Assembly (NCBI GenBank): GCA_034435355.1
Contig: DAOTXE010000019.1
Location: forward strand, 9,026 to 73,025
Direction: 5' to 3'
DNA length: 64,000 nucleotides
From: Chloroflexota bacterium
GTDB lineage: Bacteria; Chloroflexota; Limnocylindria; Limnocylindrales; CSP1-4
The notes under the pieces were generated by a model that was given only the letters and a program-made list of their open reading frames with translations, made no database searches and was not told where the DNA came from. A program made the position numbers and the translations under genes. Numbering within the stretch: position 1 is the stretch's first letter; each line of letters starts with the position of its first letter. This document shows, one piece after another, positions 61,503-64,000 of this stretch.

Positions 61503-62720
61503 GTGAGGCAGCTCGGGGTGTCGTTCCCACGCCCGCGCCGCGAGCTGCTGCTCGCGCTGCTCCTGCTCGCCGGCGTGGCGCTCCTCGTCTCCGCCTGCAG
61601 CTCGTCGGGGATCGTGCCGGTCGGCTCCGGGGGGGTCGTCGCGACGGCCTCGCCGAAGCCGCCGCTGACCCCCGCCCAGCCGGGCGCGGACCCGGTCTCG
61701 CTCCTGGCCTGGCTGTTCAACCCGATCTTCCAGCTCCTGTACATCCTCCTGGTCTGGCTGACGAAGCTGACGAGCGACGTCGGGATCGCGATCGTCCTGA
61801 TGACCCTGATCGTGCGCGCCGCGCTGATCCCGCTCTTCCGGCGCCAGATCGTCTCCACGAAGCGGATGCAGCTGATCCAGCCCGAGCTTAAGGAGCTCCA
61901 GAAGCGCTACAAGGGCGACCGGGCCAAGTTCAGCCAGGCCCAGATGGAGCTGTTCAAGGAACGCGGTGTCAACCCGGCCTCCGGCTGTGTGCCCGTGCTC
62001 CTCCAGCTGCCGCTCCTCATGATCATCTACTCGGTGATCAGCCAGGGGCTGACGAACCCGAATCCCCAGGCGATGTTCACCTTCTTCGGGATCCACCTCG
62101 TCGACTACACGTGCGTCAATGGCGTGGGCGCGGCCGCCGGCACGGCGGTGGACCTCTACAAGCCGTGCATCAACACGACGGTCGCCTGGCTCGGCAACCT
62201 GGACGTCTCGAAGCCCTGGGTCCTCTTCCCGACCATCCCGTTGCTGGGTTGGTTCAGCGTCCTGGCCGCGGCCTCCGCGCTGCTCCAGCTGATCCAGAGC
62301 CGGATGACGATGCCCCCGTCCACCGCCGCGTTCAGCGACCAGAACTCGAAGGTCCAGCGGCAGCTCGTGCTGTTCCTGCCCCTCATCTCGCTGGCCTACG
62401 GCGGGTTCCTGCCCGCCGGCCTGTTCATCTACTGGATCGTGACCACGATCTTCGGGATCTTCCAGCAGTACCTCATCGTCGGCTGGGGCTCAACGTTCCC
62501 GCTGTTCGGGTACACGCCGGGCTTTGTCCGCGAGCATCGCCCCCGCTTCCCGGTCGAGGAACCCAGGATCGCATCCGGGGGTGCCTCCGGCGCCGCCCGC
62601 AAGCCGGCAGCCGTTCTGCCGCCCACCGAACGCACGCCCGCCGCCCGCTCTGCCTCCGCGGCGGCCACCGTGCGACCCCGAGAACGAGGCCGTCAGGGCC
62701 GCCGAGGGAGAAAGCGCTGA
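61503..62720 (+). CDS. yidC: membrane protein insertase YidC (monoderm lipoprotein type)
   Basis: The lipobox LLVSACSSS is followed by the YidC core ...IVLMTLIVRAALIPLFRRQIVSTKRMQLIQPELKELQKRY...GCVPVLLQLPLLMIIY. The GTG start follows the yidD stop. Confidence 0.9.
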   Translation: MRQLGVSFPRPRRELLLALLLLAGVALLVSACSSSGIVPVGSGGVVATASPKPPLTPAQPGADPVSLLAWLFNPIFQLLYILLVWLTKLTSDVGIAIVLMTLIVRAALIPLFRRQIVSTKRMQLIQPELKELQKRYKGDRAKFSQAQMELFKERGVNPASGCVPVLLQLPLLMIIYSVISQGLTNPNPQAMFTFFGIHLVDYTCVNGVGAAAGTAVDLYKPCINTTVAWLGNLDVSKPWVLFPTIPLLGWFSVLAAASALLQLIQSRMTMPPSTAAFSDQNSKVQRQLVLFLPLISLAYGGFLPAGLFIYWIVTTIFGIFQQYLIVGWGSTFPLFGYTPGFVREHRPRFPVEEPRIASGGASGAARKPAAVLPPTERTPAARSASAAATVRPRERGRQGRRGRKR

Positions 62721-62722
62721 GC

Positions 62723-63784
62723 ATGAGTGCGTACCAGGAATTCACCGGAAAGTCCGTCGAAGAGGCCCTCCGCCACGCCCGGGAGGAATTCGGGGTCGGC
62801 CTCGACGAGCTCGACTTCGAGATCCTGACTCCGGGCAGCCGGGGCGTCCTGGGGATGGGCGCGGAGCCGGCCCGGATCGTCGCGGCGCCGCGCGCCGCGC
62901 TCGGGGGTGCCGCGCCGAAGCGCGAGGCTGCCGCAGCCAAGCCGCTGCCTGCCCCGGTCGATCGCGGGCCGCGCCGGGACGACCGGCCGTTCCGTGGCGA
63001 CGCTCCACGGAGCGACGAGCGACCCCCTCGGGCCGAGGAGCGCGTCGACCGCGCGGCGATGTCGCACCCGGCCCCGCGCCTGGACACCCCCCGGTCCGAC
63101 AGCCCCCGCCGGGATGACCGGCCGCCGCGGCGCGACGATCGCGTTCCCCGCCGGGACGACCGGCCGCCGCGGCGCGACGATCGCGCCCCCCGCCGTTCGG
63201 ACGGACGGACCGGTGCGTCGGCGGTGTCGTCCAGCGAGATCGACGAGGTCCAGGCAGCCCGGTCGCTCGTGCGTGAGCGCGAGGAGCTCCAGGCGGCCGA
63301 GGCGTCCCCTGCCGCGCTCGACGCCGGCAAGCGGCTTCTCGAGCAACTGATGCAGCACATGGGATTCGCGGTCGTCGTCAACATCGAGACCGGAGAGACG
63401 AACCGCCTCAACGTCGTCGGAGCCGACGACGAGGAGCACGAGGCGCTCGGCGCTCTCATCGGGCGCAAGGGGGAGCGCCTCTCTGCCCTCCAGCACATCG
63501 TCAACCTCATGCTCTCGCGCGAGATGGGCGAGTGGACTAGGGTCCTCGTCGACGTTGAGGGCTACCGCGGCCGGCGCGAGCATCAGCTCCGGGAGATTGC
63601 GGACCGGGCGGCCGCGCGTGTCGTCGAGACGGGCAAGATGCTCCAGCTCGAGCCGATGCCCGCCCTCGAGCGACGCTGGATCCACCTCGCCCTGCGCAAC
63701 CACCCCGCGGTGGGGACGCAGTCCATCGGGGAGGAGCCGAACCGGCGAGTGGTGGTCGTGCCAAAGGCGATCGCCCAGGCCTGA
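62723..63784 (+). CDS. jag: Jag/KhpB RNA-binding protein (Jag_N + KH + R3H) with internal Arg/Asp-rich repeat linker
   Basis: Jag_N MSAYQEFTGKSVEEALRHAREEFGV, the KH region ...LIGRKGERLSALQHIVNLM, and the R3H region ...RRWIHLALRNHPAVGTQSIGEEPNRRVVV. Confidence 0.85.
   Translation: MSAYQEFTGKSVEEALRHAREEFGVGLDELDFEILTPGSRGVLGMGAEPARIVAAPRAALGGAAPKREAAAAKPLPAPVDRGPRRDDRPFRGDAPRSDERPPRAEERVDRAAMSHPAPRLDTPRSDSPRRDDRPPRRDDRVPRRDDRPPRRDDRAPRRSDGRTGASAVSSSEIDEVQAARSLVREREELQAAEASPAALDAGKRLLEQLMQHMGFAVVVNIETGETNRLNVVGADDEEHEALGALIGRKGERLSALQHIVNLMLSREMGEWTRVLVDVEGYRGRREHQLREIADRAAARVVETGKMLQLEPMPALERRWIHLALRNHPAVGTQSIGEEPNRRVVVVPKAIAQA
63115..63198 (+). repeat. two tandem ~42-bp in-frame repeats (DRPPRRDDRxPRR) inside jag
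   Basis: gaccggccgccgcggcgcgacgatcgcg occurs at 63115 and again at 63157. Confidence 0.6.
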
Positions 63785-63918
63785 GGGCCACCGGAATCCC
63801 GCCCCGCGCGCCTGGCGAAGGCGACCCGCGTCGCGCGTCATGCCGGAGGGCGGCCGTGCGTCCTTTCCCGCCAGCCTGCTAGATTCACGTCTCGACCGTC
63901 CGCACCGAGCACATCGCG

Positions 63919-64000
63919 ATGGCCTCCGCGCCCCGCCACCTCCCCGTCGGCCGCCTTCTCTTCGCCGCGGTTGCGGGATTCGTCCTCGCGACGGCGGTCG
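63919..64000 (+). CDS. start of hypothetical secreted/membrane protein (truncated by window end)
   Basis: The ATG is followed by MASAPRHLPVGRLLFAAVAGFVLATAV, a signal or TM-like segment. Confidence 0.3.
   Translation, partial: MASAPRHLPVGRLLFAAVAGFVLATAV

Overview
This is a 64-kb, very GC-rich bacterial chromosomal segment; the GC content is estimated by eye at about 70% or more and was not computed. Codon third positions are almost all G/C, so spurious Arg-rich antisense ORFs are abundant and are discounted below. The window is densely coding and is probably actinobacterial-like or another high-GC monoderm. Three observations support that: YidC carries a lipoprotein signal, a phosphatidylinositol-mannoside locus is present, and HspR is present. 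The second half holds the chromosomal origin region: dnaA-dnaN-recF-DUF721 on the minus strand and rpmH-rnpA-yidD-yidC-jag on the plus strand. DnaA-box-like 9-mers lie in the dnaA-dnaN spacer. The main content, in order, is: (i) Usp and two TrkA genes. (ii) An HspR-type heat-shock island, hsp20-hspR-lon-cbpA-clpB, with a HAIR-like operator on the hsp20 promoter. (iii) A Nudix hydrolase, a cupin, purH and folK. (iv) A MidA/NDUFAF7-family methyltransferase gene directly upstream of a 13-gene nuo operon. (v) otsB-like HAD, TlpA, a sortase-like protein, an MFS transporter and a CYTH protein. (vi) An arsR-pgsA-ino1-acyltransferase x2-PHP-GT4 phosphatidylinositol/PIM biosynthesis operon. (vii) A mannosylation locus with a roughly 1730-aa double GT-C/PMT fusion protein, two more GT-C membrane proteins and a GT2 polyprenol-phosphate-mannose-synthase-like gene. 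(viii) A BFN nuclease and a membrane-anchored PP2C-like protein that appears catalytically degenerate. The standout is the nuo operon. Its membrane arm and Q-module look canonical. The NADH-input module is remodelled. nuoI and nuoE are replaced by one fused ORF that has lost most Fe-S ligand cysteines. nuoF has Cys-to-Thr at one N3 ligand. nuoG is replaced by a chimera of the NuoG N-terminus (2Fe-2S), a GltD-type NAD(P)H/FAD oxidoreductase domain and a 2x[4Fe-4S] ferredoxin. Many adjacent genes overlap by GTGA or ATGA, indicating translationally coupled operons.
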